Origin: Magallana gigas
Taxonomy: Eukaryota
Length of the DNA stretch: 64,000 bases
Assembly: GCF_963853765.1 (NCBI RefSeq)
Contig: NC_088855.1
Coordinates: forward strand, 51,646,001 to 51,710,000
Reading direction: 5' to 3'
Shown: positions 25,025-37,825 of the stretch, piece after piece
How the letters are laid out: each line of letters starts with the position of its first letter
How positions within the stretch are numbered: the first letter of the stretch is position 1
Notes under the pieces: generated by a model
What the model was told of the DNA's origin: nothing
Databases searched by the model: none
Seen by the model: only the letters and a program-made list of their open reading frames with translations
Program-made: the position numbers and the translations under genes

Positions 25025-26598
25025 TATATAAATCCTTTCGTCCTTGATGTCCTCCTGTCAGGGGCTTTAAAGGGGTTCATAAATCTTACCGTACAAACCA
25101 CTCAACATTTGTAAAAACGTATAAATGTAAGAAAAAAGGTTAGTTTGATGGATGTTTTCTTTGCACAGGCTTACAAACTGGTGAATAAACTTTTGATTAT
25201 CAAAGCTATTCCTATTTTTATTATTTCTTGTCGAGCTCAACAAAGATGATTTTAAAGAAATGTACTTATTTATAACATGTCCCGAGTTTTTGCTTCCTCA
25301 TCTGTTAAGTTGATATTTCGATAATCATTTATACCTTTCCGCCACTAGAATAAAAAACATCAGATTCTATTTTGAAACCGGTTTCAATAAAAATCAAAAA
25401 AGATTATCTACGGTGATTTTGCTTTGCAAACAACATTAAAGGTACCTAAATGATAAAATTAAAAAAAACTGTTGTAAAAAGTTCCCGGGTATTTCCGAAG
25501 GTCAACTTTTCCATTATAAATCTCGGTAAGAATGTAGTTATCGTCCACGTTAATACATCTGAGTAAAAATGATAACGTGTCAGTAGGGGAATCTTGGATT
25601 CCCCCCCCCTCCTTTTATTGATTTTATTCGTAATGCTATGACATGTGAGTGTATTTTCGTTAAAATTTGATAATCTGCAGCGGATACTGTAATCTACGAC
25701 ACACTATTAATCACATAACTGTCGCCTACAGTGCATTTGTAATTTACATAAGAAAAATTTTAAACCAACTTCAATGTGTACAGAGTAACAAATGTTATAT
25801 AAAGCTTTGAATAAATTTGATACTTATTGTTAAAAGGCAAAATATCATAAAAGTTTGAACAGTCGCATTTACTTGCATATTTAATTTAAAATAAATAAAT
25901 AAATCTAATTTTAAAAAGATATACATATAGATCAAACAATGACAAGGAAAAGTAAAAATTCAGCTACTGAATATAAGAAAGTAAATACCAATTGTTAAAA
26001 GATGATCGGTTTTGTTAGAAATCCTTTGGTTCTGTTAAAGTGCTTATCGACGAAAATCGTGCAATTTTTAAACGTTCCATCTTCATGTGATAATAATATC
26101 ATGAGTAGGCGACATGAAAAACACACATCTGTTATAAACCTTTACAACCGTAAAACATGGGTACATGAATGACCCCTGTTTAGCCATTTAAGTTTTTAAT
26201 GTTGTTAAGCCGAATATTTTTGATTTATTGCCAGTTTCTGCTAAGAGAGGCATTCAATTTCCGCATTCGATAATGTACTTTTGAGAATTCGAGAACCCGA
26301 GTTATACGTTCAACTTAAAAATAATCAATATTGGTATCAAGTGGAACATAACAATTCAATCAAATCAACATCAAAATACAGACTGATTATATTAAACACA
26401 TTTGCTGAAAGAGAACAATTGTATAATACGCATTTTGGGGGGGACATGAATCAATAAAACAAAGTTTATCGTCGAGTCATTTTTTTTCTTTTTTCTTTGC
26501 TACAACACTGATTGAAAATTTTTACTAAACCACTAACTAAAAATTTATGACATATATCACTGACATTACCAAAAATGCGATGGCAATCTTACAACAAG

Positions 26599-27396
26599 CT
26601 AGCCACTAAATATTGATTGAAATAAAATGACAAACACCATCATCAATACAATAATAGCGATAGGTATGTTGGAATAACAAACACTTGTGCCATGGTTGAA
26701 GTTTGTCAATGAGTGATTCACGACTGCTGCATTCATAGGTTTGGTATCAAATCTTGCGGTTGTTACACTGGCTGTTGGTTGACCTTAAAATATAAATGTT
26801 TTTAACAATCAGTCATACTTTGTTGTCCTTCCCTTTAGTTTATTATATTAAACCAAGGAAATTTCATTTACTTTCAATGCCATCCGCTAATATCAAACAT
26901 CACGCTGACTGTATTGGCATACTGTACACTATATCAGTTGGCAACTTGTGTATCATTCTCAGTGAAATGACTAAGTTGTAAAGTCGTAGCGACTCATTGT
27001 ATGCCCAGCGCTTGGCTTTAAAATTGATGTTGCGGTGTTTTCGATTTCGATGTGTAATATTTCTTTCTCAACGTAAGGCTAAGTGAATTTTTTGAAAGAC
27101 GGAATAGTTTTGCGATAATTTTTTTTGGTTAAAATCAGAACTTTAATAAAAGAAAAAATAAGTTTTCCTACCCATATTGTAGTGGATTGTAAGATTTCCC
27201 GAGCAGCAGGTTGTTGAATTTCTGTACAACAAAACAGAGTCTGAGTTTGTCACGGTCATGTTGAACTGTCTTGTATCTGTACAACCGGACCAGTCTACAG
27301 TTGTCACACTCACTGCTGTCCCAATATCAATATCAGAACATGAATTGCACCAATTTACGTATGAACAAAGAAAAAACTGGAAAGAAATGTCCATGT
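26599..27396 (-). CDS. Locus B2: 6-Cys ectodomain, stalk and C-terminal hydrophobic segment with no cytoplasmic tail (135 aa from the exon ATG)
   Basis: Exon 27396-27172 splices in phase 1 to 26783-26599 (GQPTASVTTARFDTKP...YSNIPIAIIVLMMVFVILFQSIFSG*). Confidence 0.8.
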
Positions 27397-27754
27397 CTGG
27401 GCTCTTACATCGATTAAATTAAAGTTAGTGATGAATTGTATTGAAATCAATTTGTATCCGGTTGGTGAAAATGAATGTTTTCAATAAATCTGTGTATTTT
27501 AAGTAAATAGCATCGGAAACACAAATAAGGAAATATAAGCATACATTGATGCTGTACGGAAACAGATTGACAATCACACGGCGCAATGTATATCATATAA
27601 ACATGTAAAATGCATTTTAATGACCAGCGTCTCGATTGATTACATCATCTCGAAGAGCTTGTTTGTTTATTTAAACTTGCAAGGAGATAACAACAATATA
27701 TTGTTAAAAAACGACAGAAATCACTGGTGATGGAAAGATTTCATTCGATAACTC

Positions 27755-30030
27755 TTATCGAGTGTTTAAAACGGATGTAACATCTGTTTTCCGTCGCAGT
27801 ATTTGTTTTACTTTACCCCAATTGTTATTATAAACCATTATCATGATGTAATCATGTTTAAGTTTGCCTTGTTTGGCAACAGTTCTAATATCTTTGTATT
27901 CACGAGACTGACATTCATTTTTAATTTTAAACGCTTCTACAACGTTTTCAGCATTTTCATAATGGTTCGAAACCTTACAAAAGATTAATATCTTTGATGG
28001 TACAGTAATAAATATACTGAAATGAATGGAAAATGCACTCTTTAAACTTAGCTCATTACTACCTTTGCTTACAGTGCCAACTTTTTTTCCTGTAAAGAAA
28101 TTTTGTTGTGTCTTTAGTCTGCCTGGTGAAATATTTAGAAAATAAAGTAAATTGTAAACAGTGTCCCAGTATATCTTAAATTTCAAAAGGTACGACCATC
28201 ATTACATATTTGGTCGGAGCATAAGACGAGTTTCGCATGTTTGGGGGGTCGCTAGAGGGATGGATCTCTGCTGAAGTTAAATGCTCTGCTAGACGGCTTC
28301 TTCTGGTTATCTTGGAAATTTTGTCTTTCCGTCCTTAAGAAGATTATAAAGATAATTCAGTTATGATATATACCAATATACACATAATCGAATGTTAATT
28401 GTTCCGTTTCTTGAAAGTAAAATACCCTTTAAATTACGTTTCATTTATCTCTCTAGGGTCATTCTTTTGAATTTCTTCGTAAATAATAATTGTATTGCAA
28501 CGCCTGTCAAGTAAAATATATAACTCCAAGAATAATTTAACACACTAGATTCTGTCATTAGATAGTTAAACTTGCAATATCCCTAAAACACACCCTTTTT
28601 TCTAGAGAAACAAACAAGAACCCAAATTAACATTTATTACCTAATAAAAAGGATTTTATTAAAACCGATGTATTGAACTGCCGGTCAATATGATATATTG
28701 GACCGGCAACGTATTTTGGAAAAAAAACCATCTGGTTTTCAAATTCATATGTAATAACAATTTTGAATACTTAGTACTATAATGGAATTAGGTAAAAAAA
28801 AAATCATAATTATTAAATGCCTGAGCAATCAATAGACTAGAATATTTTTCAATTGAGATAGGGAGTGAGTCAGTGTGTTTAATTGTCTGTGGCTGTTGGC
28901 CTCGGGCAATCTCATACATTAAGCTGTTCAAAACTCGAAGGTCAAAATATACTTCAACGATGACTGCTCATGATTGAATAATTATAAATGCTAAAACGGA
29001 TTGGCAGACAAAAAATTCCTGTCTTCCACCTTCCTTCCTGAGCATTTAGATGCAGAGATAGGAAAGGGCTTGTTATTGGCTTGCATGTTAGTGTTTCGGG
29101 GCTTATGGCTTAACAAAATGTCACTACAATGCTTTGTGAATAAACACAAACCACGGCTGTGGCGCAGTGTATTTTGTTTCTTTTTTCGATATTTAAAGGC
29201 AGTATTGAGCAATTTCAAATTAACTTAAATTAAAACCCCTCTCGGCTCGACATCGTCTTAGATTGCCTACAATTAATACATCAATTAATTGAAGCCATAA
29301 AAAGAATTGGAAACACGTTTTTGCAACTTTTCTGTTTTTCCTTCATCAATAAAACACTTGCTTTTTCCAAAAGTAGAGAAATTGTATGGAATAGTATTTT
29401 CATATTGTGCTCACTTCACATATTATTTGATTAGGCGCCGCTTTTTACATTTTCTCTAACTCAGGATTTACAATTTTTGTTGCTTATCGTAATCGTACTG
29501 TAATTTTGTCTACTAATCGTACCATCATAAAAAAGTGTTGAAGAATATTTTGAAAAATAAATTTTTCACCATATAATCAATATATCCCCTGCCAACTCTT
29601 CGGAAGGAAAAAGGATTCGACAACTACGTAAAAACTCCCGGTAGATAATTTGTACAATAGGGTGGTCAAAAAATAATATGAAAGATATCGATGACATCAA
29701 TATATATCATATTTTAATAATCAAATGCTTAATAATTCTACTTTACATATACATGCTAGTGTTGGATTCATTTTCTCAAATTGTTATCAGCGTAACAATT
29801 ATTTTTATTGATATATATTCAATTCCCTCATCTGTGTCTCGGATATTTTAATAAACATTCAGACAATTATAAAATGATTTAATCATACCGACATTGTAGT
29901 GGATTGTAAGATTTCTCGAGCAGCAGGACGTTCAATTTGTGTACAACACAACAGAGTCTGCGTTTGTCACAGTCATGTTGTACTTTCTTGTATCTGTACA
30001 ACCAGACTAGTCCACAATTGACACATTGAC
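27755..30030 (-). pseudogene. Locus B3: pseudogene of the long-tailed (B5-like) type
   Basis: 5'-truncated domain exon 30030-29889 with two nonsense codons (VD*SGC, YTN*TSCC). Tail exon 27973-27755 (NHYENAENVVE...ECQSREYKDIRTVAKQGK) is homologous to the B5 tail. Intron 29450-29660 aligns with B5 intron 39750-39960. Confidence 0.72.
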
Positions 30031-30179
30031 TAAATTTTAAATGATAAATTTAGTATAACATTTGTTTGATTGCAGAATAAGTTTTGAATCCCTGAAAATA
30101 AGTTCAAAAGGCATAAATCTGTAAAAAATCATTAGACTGGAACCAAGTTTAATCTGACCTATATTTTATAATAAATTAA

Positions 30180-30478
30180 CCTTATTATACATAAAAAATG
30201 AACTTTACATATACATCACTTTAAAAGTTAGCGAGCGGAAAACACGAATTTTCCAATTATTCCCTAAGTGCAAACGACACAACCCTGTCAAACTTCATTT
30301 GAACGGAACTAAATTCAAACTCAAAATGTTTATTCATTAGACACTTCCACATCATAGTTGAGTGTGTGCAACGGTTGTTGAGATAATTATCGGGAAGTAA
30401 ATGATGACGGATGACAGAAGAACGGAACGAGGTAACATTATATTCCCCGGGCATTTAATTACGGAAGCATAAAAATCC
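30180..30478 (+). mobile_element. Possible Helentron-type non-autonomous relic
   Basis: ACGG-like microsatellite remnant (gacggatgacagaagaacggaacg) followed by a short tcccc stem and ataaaaa end. Confidence 0.3.
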
Positions 30479-30704
30479 TATTAACAGATCTTATACACGT
30501 GATTAAAACATCCCGTTAAACGGTTGGATCAATGTATAAACATTTGAAAATTTATAATCATAGTTGTATTGACATGATCAAGCGAAACAGACATCACAGT
30601 AGATACACACGTTTTATCTTAAACGTACGAGTTTGTGAAGCGTTATCAGCATGCCGTGAGGTTTTTCTTTTGTTATCCTTTATTTATGTGATAAATAAAA
30701 AAAA

Positions 30705-31265
30705 TGACATTAACAAACCGTGAACCATCTCAAAAATTCATTAAACGAAATGCAAATTCAAAGCAGAGCAACACGGACTTCCAAAAAGATAGAGCTAGGA
30801 TCAGGTGCCTAGAAGAAGTGAGCATCCTTTGCTGACCAGCAACACCTGCCGTGTGCTCTTTGTCGTAATCGGGAAAAAAAGAGGAAAAGTCCGTACACAA
30901 TTAGGTGATTAATTATGGTCTAACAAATCCCAGTGGAAGATTGTATTTGCTGACAAGGTTGTTGTGTTGACCAGAGAACTTACGAAAACATGACTTCAAA
31001 CGAGACTGTTGATAGTCCTGTTTTATCAACTTGTTTGTCAGTAGCTTGCTTCGTCTTAGAAACTGTTCATACGAAGAGCATGCCATTGCGTATCGAATAA
31101 ACTGAAAGACAAAAGCACCATATGCAGGTGATGAAGGTATTTTGCTACATAAGCAATGAAAGTTGACTATAGAAAAATTGAAGTCATCACGTATATTATA
31201 AAGTTTTGTTGTTAAGTTACCATTAACGTTTATGTCCAGTAAAATATCCAAATACCATTGTAAAT
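30705..31265 (-). mobile_element. 5'-truncated Penelope-like retroelement (RT C-terminus plus 3' region)
   Basis: YLDILLDI...LTTKLYNIRDDFNFSIVNF...IPSSPAYG..V.QFIRYA.ACSSY..F..R...LT.KL..Q.Y matches the Penelope-type RT thumb region. Confidence 0.8.
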
Positions 31266-31750
31266 CACAAGTATGACAATTAATCACAATAATAGGAAAG
31301 TCAATCAACAATATGCTGACCTCAAAATTAATAATTGAAAGATTGTGACAAGTAGCATTTTCGGCAAAACGAGAAGTTAATTCACAGCCTCTTTTGCAAA
31401 GTGATAGCTCATGTTTGATATTTGTGCTCAATTGAAGAATACATGTATTATCAAGTAGAGTTAATTTTCTTTTTCTTCCCTAACATAAGGAGTCGTCCAT
31501 ACCATGTGACCAATATTATTCACTCGTTAAATCGATATCAGCCCAAAATTAATGAACCAAAAGTGTATTCAAAGCGACTTTAAACCAAAAAAAAAACAAA
31601 AAAACCTCGGAGTCAGTGAAATTGTAAAATAATTGTAATTGGTAACCATGGAGTCAATTTTCATGGAGGATATTTTGTGCTTTATATCTTTTATATTTAA
31701 ATGTTTTTCTTCCAATTAAATATAAATAAATTACATAATATTCTTTGTGT

Positions 31751-32289
31751 TCATTCAAATGTTCTCCAGAACTTGCAAAGGGCATAGATGACACAACAGA
31801 TGGCACCAACACACGCCAACACAATGACAGCGATGATTATTCTAAAATATGAATTTTTCACGCTCCTCTCAAAGTTGATCCTTTGTGTCGTTTTATGGAT
31901 TCTGACGTCAGTTTCAGTTGATTTCTGTACGAACGAAAATTTACTTTCAATCATGATGCAAAGAAAGCGAAATTAGCAAATTAGATCAGGTTAGTTTTTG
32001 TAATTGTTATGCATGTTTAGTTTTAGATAATGCATAACTGTAAAAATTCGTGTATCTAGCTTACTGACATTGTAGTATATTGTAAGATTTCCCGAGCAGC
32101 AGGACGTTGAATTTCTGTACAACACAACAGAGTCTGAGTTTGTCACGGTCATGTTGTACTGTCGTGTATCTGTACATCCGGACCAGTCTACAGTTGACAC
32201 ATTCACTGCTGTCTCCAAGATGACGTTAGAACACGAACTGCACCAGTTCACGTAAGAACAAAGAAGTATTTGAAAGCTGAATTCCATAA
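31751..32289 (-). CDS. Locus B4: 6-Cys ectodomain, stalk, TM and short tail (about 130 aa)
   Basis: Domain exon starts at 32289. In-frame joining needs the phase-0 donor AAT|GTCAGT (32069) and acceptor GTACAG|AAA (31924), giving KSTETDVR...YFRIIIAVIVLACVGAICCVIYALCKFWRTFE*. Confidence 0.7.
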
Positions 32290-32669
32290 CTCATTAGCGG
32301 AAGTGAAAAGACTATCGTAAACGTTACCAGAATTTTGTGTCGACTTTTTTGTCATCCCTTAAAGATAGAAATTATTGCATTTGTTGTTTGCGTGTTTGAA
32401 TAATCACAGACCAGGAAGTAAAGCAAATAAAGGACGTGAAATATTAACCTAATTAAGAATATTTACATTTTTAAATATGTTTCCTTACATGAACTTATAG
32501 AATAGCAAAAACGTTTAATTCTGTATGAACTTTTTCGTGACGTCACAATGTTTATAGCAAGCGCATACGCTTGTCGCTTGGATTATTGTAAACATAAAAT
32601 CTCGGTAAATCTAACAGTTCTGAACGATTTGTCTATTTCAAACGTAAATATAAGTAATAAACAGTAATG

Positions 32670-32790
32670 TTAAAAAGTTCACCGGGATATGAAGTTGGTT
32701 GGTACGTGATCAAATCTACTGAGAAGCCCTTCGGGCTTCACAGGCTCAATCATGTGACACACCAAATTCATATCCCGGTGAACGTTTTAA
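32670..32790. repeat. Imperfect fold-back element with a central C(TTCG)G hairpin
   Basis: Arms ttaaaaagttcaccgggatatgaagttggt and accaaattcatatcccggtgaacgttttaa; centre gaagcccttcgggcttc at 32723-32739. Confidence 0.65.
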
Positions 32791-33069
32791 ATTGCTGTTT
32801 TTTTCTTAAATGAAAATAAACAGCAATTTAAAAAATCAATACTTGATTAAAAAAAAGCTGAGTTACCTTTTAAAAATGAGTTCAGTATATTTCATCCTTA
32901 TTTTTATCTATATTCACACTCAAAATCAAATCATTTTTGTGATAGAGAAATATGGTTCCTGATGGATGAAAACAATTATATTATTAACAGTAAAATGGTG
33001 CAATAAGCAAACACAGATGTAATGTTCATAAATGAAGGCGGGTTTTTTTGCTTTTAGTCATTTTTAACA

Positions 33070-33345
33070 TTTATCTTAAGTACTTAAATCTTTTAATAGT
33101 TCATATTTTCATATATTCTATTAAACCAGATACAATTTAAAAAAGGAAAATCTAGTTCAAAATAAGTGATCGGTCGCACAGCAAAAACTACGCAGTATTT
33201 GAAAACAAATTAATCGTTATGTTGTCGCTGTTTCTTTTTATAGTTCTCTTTGTAGCTTTAGTTGTGGTGATTGTTTTGTTCTTCATTTTATCTAACTTAT
33301 TTTGTTCCGAAGAAAATATTGTTGTCCCGATAAGTTCTCATTTTT
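33070..33345 (-). pseudogene. Possible orphan degenerate stalk/TM exon of the receptor family
   Basis: Minus frame NKTITTTKATKRTIKRNSDNITINLF...*FLLC...*IFLFLNCIWF resembles the B1/B8 stalk-TM exon but contains stops. Confidence 0.35.
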
Positions 33346-34657
33346 CATTGCTCTTGTATACTTACATACTATGTTTTGACCATTAAAAAGCTTAATTACA
33401 ATTAACATACATACACTCAATTACTATTTAAGCCCTTATATAAACAAACTTTCTTAGAATTTTCCATAACCCTACCGGCACACACAGTTTTTAAAGTGAT
33501 ATTTCTTGTGCTAAATTGGTTTTGAGAACAAGTGGTTATTGATACTTTGATTATTTATGTTTTATATAAAGTTATAGTTTGAGAAATCATGAAACATTTC
33601 CCTCACCTAAGGGTGAAAGTTTCTGTGCAATGATATGTAAAAGCTAGCACAAACTCTTCGATAGAAATTATATGTAAGCGTGCCAACAATGGCAAACAGG
33701 TGCAGTGTTTCAAATTTTTAAATAAACAACCATTTAATGAATTTATTACCTAGATTTACGTGAGTAATGCATGCAAGTATCCTGGTTACATTGTATAGAG
33801 GCATAAAAATCAAACTCAATTTTAAAGAAATATACAGTGGGATAATACTTGATTTTATTCGGTTGTTTTATTTGTATATTAGTTGAGATGTAACTGCCTG
33901 TCCTGACCCGGGACAATCACACATTGTGAAGGGGGACATATCTCTGAATTCAAAAGAAAAATTCGAAACCAAAGTATTTTTTTATTTGATGTGATCTTGT
34001 TGAAACATCCCCCGGTTATAATAATTGTATTCATACTTTTAAGGAATTATCTTGAGAACGTATCAGATCCAAATTATATTTTCCTTAAGGACGAGTACGA
34101 TAGGGGAAAACCGTTTAAATTCAACCCCATCATTATCTATAAATCTATCTTAACAAACTCAATCTTTAGCTTCGTATTATAAAACACAGCGTTTCAAAAA
34201 TAATTCTTCAGAACAGAACGAAAAAGGCCTAGTAAAACCAAGCTGGGAAAGAATGACTGATTGATAGAAAGATTACACCCACTTATGTCCCCGGTTCTAC
34301 GGTAGGAAACTCATAATGAAAGAAAGTCTTTCAAAAATTGAAGATACTAGAGCGTTTTAACAGACATCTATAATAGAATCTGTAAACAAATCTAATTATT
34401 TCATATACAATGGAATAAAATCACGATTTGTTTGATACGTGTATTAGATTTTTTTTTATTTATAGATAAATTTCAACACCATTATTTTTGGTGCATTTAC
34501 AAGTCATTTTCTTCCATTTCTGGATTTGTTACAATACAATCTATTTATCTGCTAAAATTACCCTGCACTTTATTTAAATAGTGTTTCAAACATTATAAAC
34601 TCTTGTTTTAATTAAAGTCTATAAACAAAAAAAAACACACAGAAAAAAACTGTTGTA

Positions 34658-35703
34658 CGAGGGTTGTTCGGAAATAATCGAGACATTTACTCTTACTCCC
34701 TTGGGGAAAAAGATAAATCATTGAAATTTCACCTATAAATAAACCATAATGTCTTTTATTAACGATACATTTTTGAAGTTAATTACATCATTTGTTCATT
34801 CCTGGTAAGCTAGGAAAGTTGCTTACATCCAATGACATCCGAATTCATCGCAACGTCATATTAACGTTTTTTTTCCTTTGTCCTTTGTTATAAACACCTT
34901 TCAAACGAACGGGGAACATGAACTTTTCTTCATTTTTCATCGTTTCTTTTTATTTCAAAATCACAACAGTTACAGATACTTTCTATTCTTGATTTATTGT
35001 TTTATTTAATTGAGCTATATCTTCCAAAAAGTCAGATTACTGTAAAACTTCTCTTACATTCATTCTGTACATATCTTAAAAATGTTAAAATAAGTTTTTG
35101 TTGTAAAAAAAAGTATTTGATATTTAGTCCCTTTGTTTTAATTCTAGTAAAAAAAAATCGACAAATAAACTCCGATTAACTGAAGCTTTTGACCCCATTT
35201 CAACGTATAGTTTTAATTTAATCAATTTCATGGCCAAAAAAGGTCTTCTTTCGAGATTCATACCAATTTTATGTATATTCGCTGCGCCGCCTTGACGTCA
35301 GAATTCAATAGTTTGTCTCTGTCAGATTTCAATTGCTTGGTAAATATTTTAGTACTCTCTTCGTATTTCAAATCGAACACTAGCAAAACTTACAAAAAAG
35401 ATAGTCACAATAAATAGCAAAATGAACATACATAATTTAATTTCTTTTTTCATGAATTGTAGGTTTAACACCACTTAAAAAGAGGATGTTTATTTTTAAA
35501 ATTCCAGGTTTGTGCCTGCGCCGGGTATCCCGACCACCGATTTGTTTATGTACTGTCATAAATAAACTATTTATTATTTTGTAATATTATTTTGCTTAAT
35601 TATTCGTTCAGGATTATTCGATGTTTATGTCAATTTTCATTAAAATTCGCCACTTGGAAAGAGAGAAATTTGTGTTGTGTCAATAATTTCCGAACAACCC
35701 TCG
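34658..35703. mobile_element. Non-autonomous mariner-type element, 1046 bp
   Basis: TA on both sides; ~21 bp TIR cgagggttgttcggaaat(a/t)at; no transposase ORF. Confidence 0.85.
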
Positions 35704-36956
35704 TAAATTTAACCAAAAATAATTAAACATGATAGGAATTTCCGCATTTCAAAAAAGCAAAAAAATAATTTGCCTTAAGTAATGTTCTATTTTGTCGGAC
35801 AATCTTCCTTAGTGCGATGGATTGTTTTAATGATTGTGTCGGTTTTATTTTACGTGTTTAGTTTTGAGGTGAAAACAAATGTAAACTTCCGCCCTTTGTT
35901 TTGTACTTTCGAGAGTAAGATAATCCTTGTGGTACAGTGCATAACAATTAACTTTGCATAATATACCAAATGGTTAAATCAAACACAAATTTTAAAACGT
36001 GAAAATATAGGAATTTTAAGTTTACTTAAAATGCTTTATATATATTGATTTTACAATTTCGCACTACGAGTTATCGCACTTTTAAATGTGTATTATCAAG
36101 AAGAAGAGAGTGCTCTATTTGGTCACGTAATGTTGGTGTCATCATTTGACCAATAAAATTAAACGCAGGAATTCTAGCGACTCTCTTTGTTTAGAAAGAA
36201 GCGCTAATTCATTTTTTTTCAGGACGCCGCACGGGTAACACCTTTGAATACTGATTCTGTTCCTTCGGACCATTTCTTTAAAAATCCACCACCTCCCCTC
36301 CACCTTTCTAGTGTTAAATATTTTATATTATTTTCTTAATTTTTCGTTTTTTTTTTCTTTTTTCATGCATGTATTTTATTGTAGATGTACAGAGCGTTTT
36401 CAGACGACAAGGAATTTGTTTGACGATATTACGTAACCAATTTTCGATTTCAGTTTCTCAATACAGCCAATTAATAAAATTCATATTTGTGTATTATTAT
36501 TAATCACTATTCGGAAATTAATTTTAGTTACATCATATTAGGATCAAATGCAGAATTGTGACATAATTCAATTAAAATTCAATTGTAGTATTACGTTATA
36601 TAATTTTATATAACTTTACGCAATGTTATGTAACAATTAAAGTCACGCTGGTGGCAAAGAGCAACATATACAATGTCTTGTTTTGTTTATATACACTATA
36701 TTATGTATCGAAAGATGGTGTTGATGGTCATACGTAAAATAAACTACATAAGTTAAAGCTCTTTCATACGGAAATCAATTATGGATAAAAATAGTTTAAC
36801 CCAATCTGCAACCGCAAGATAAATTAATAAATCATTTTTTCCGCCAAATTTCTGTTATACTTGTTTAGTTTTTATTATAACATAAGCCGAAAGTTTTTGA
36901 CCAAAAATAACAATAGAAACGATGCCAATTTTACAATAGGTTAGCCAATAAAACAT

Positions 36957-37400
36957 TCATTGAAAAATTATGACAAACGTTAGTGACATCATAAATATGA
37001 CAATAATTAACACTGATTCCATGATTTTGTCCGAGTGGTCTATGGCCACTGCGATCAAAGGTTTGGTATAGAATCTTGTTGTTGATATATTGTTTGTTGA
37101 CCTCCTTAGAAACAAAAGTAGATTTTCAACCATCATGCGGTAGAAACTGAAGATTATCATTTACATCTTTAAATAAAACTTTATATTCATTCTTTTCTTA
37201 ATCCTATAGTTTATCAAACCCATGTAAGGAAAAGAAAATTATGATCACCATTGCGCTGATTTTGTACTATAATTGTAGCTTGCAATACCTGCATATCATT
37301 GTTATCGACAGATCTCAATTATTAAGAAGGAGCAACTCTTTATGTTACCCGCACGTAGCATCAGCATTAAAGTTTTGTGAATTTATCACCATATATTACA
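36957..37400 (-). pseudogene. Orphan B2-like tailless stalk/TM exon plus adjoining intron; domain exon missing
   Basis: TTRFYTKPLIAVAIDHS...VLIIVIFMMSLTFVIIFQ* aligns with the last exon of B2. 37110-37400 aligns patchily with B2 intron 26784-27050. No 6-Cys exon upstream before the B5 stop. Confidence 0.6.
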
Positions 37401-37825
37401 TATGGTTGGATAGTATAACTCTCAGCTTCATGGTCATGTTCGTAAATCATATATGTAAATTAGTAAGTCTTCCTCTATCATTTGATGACGTTTCAAATAA
37501 GCTGATGCTTTGAAGAAAAATAGCAAGATTAACTCCAAAATAAATGTTTAAATAAATTTTGATATCATTTTATTAATTGCATGTTGAGCTTTCTAGGCAC
37601 ATATTGTTTTGAAATAAAAAAAAAAAAAGAAAATTAAATCTGCTATGCACACTCACAAAAAAGAATATTCAATATTTCCATGTAAAATTCTAAATTAGGC
37701 TAGCACGCCTATTGTTCACTTCTCCTTCAAATTTTTTTTATACATTAATTTCAAGGAGAGAATGATAATAATGTAATAATATCTGTTTTTAATATAATAT
37801 AATAATATCAGTTTTACGCCATTTG

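Noticed and set aside
25586-25604. Palindrome ggggaatc-ttg-gattcccc resembling NF-kB half sites
   Set aside because: Does not fit the 10 bp kB consensus and is not near a mapped TSS; more likely a repeat-derived hairpin.
27755-28186. 143 aa ORF taken as a standalone gene
   Set aside because: Only 27973-27755 resembles a real (B5-like tail) exon; the upstream part is intronic read-through.
28991-29228. Paired 75 aa ORFs on both strands
   Set aside because: No recognisable family or splice context.
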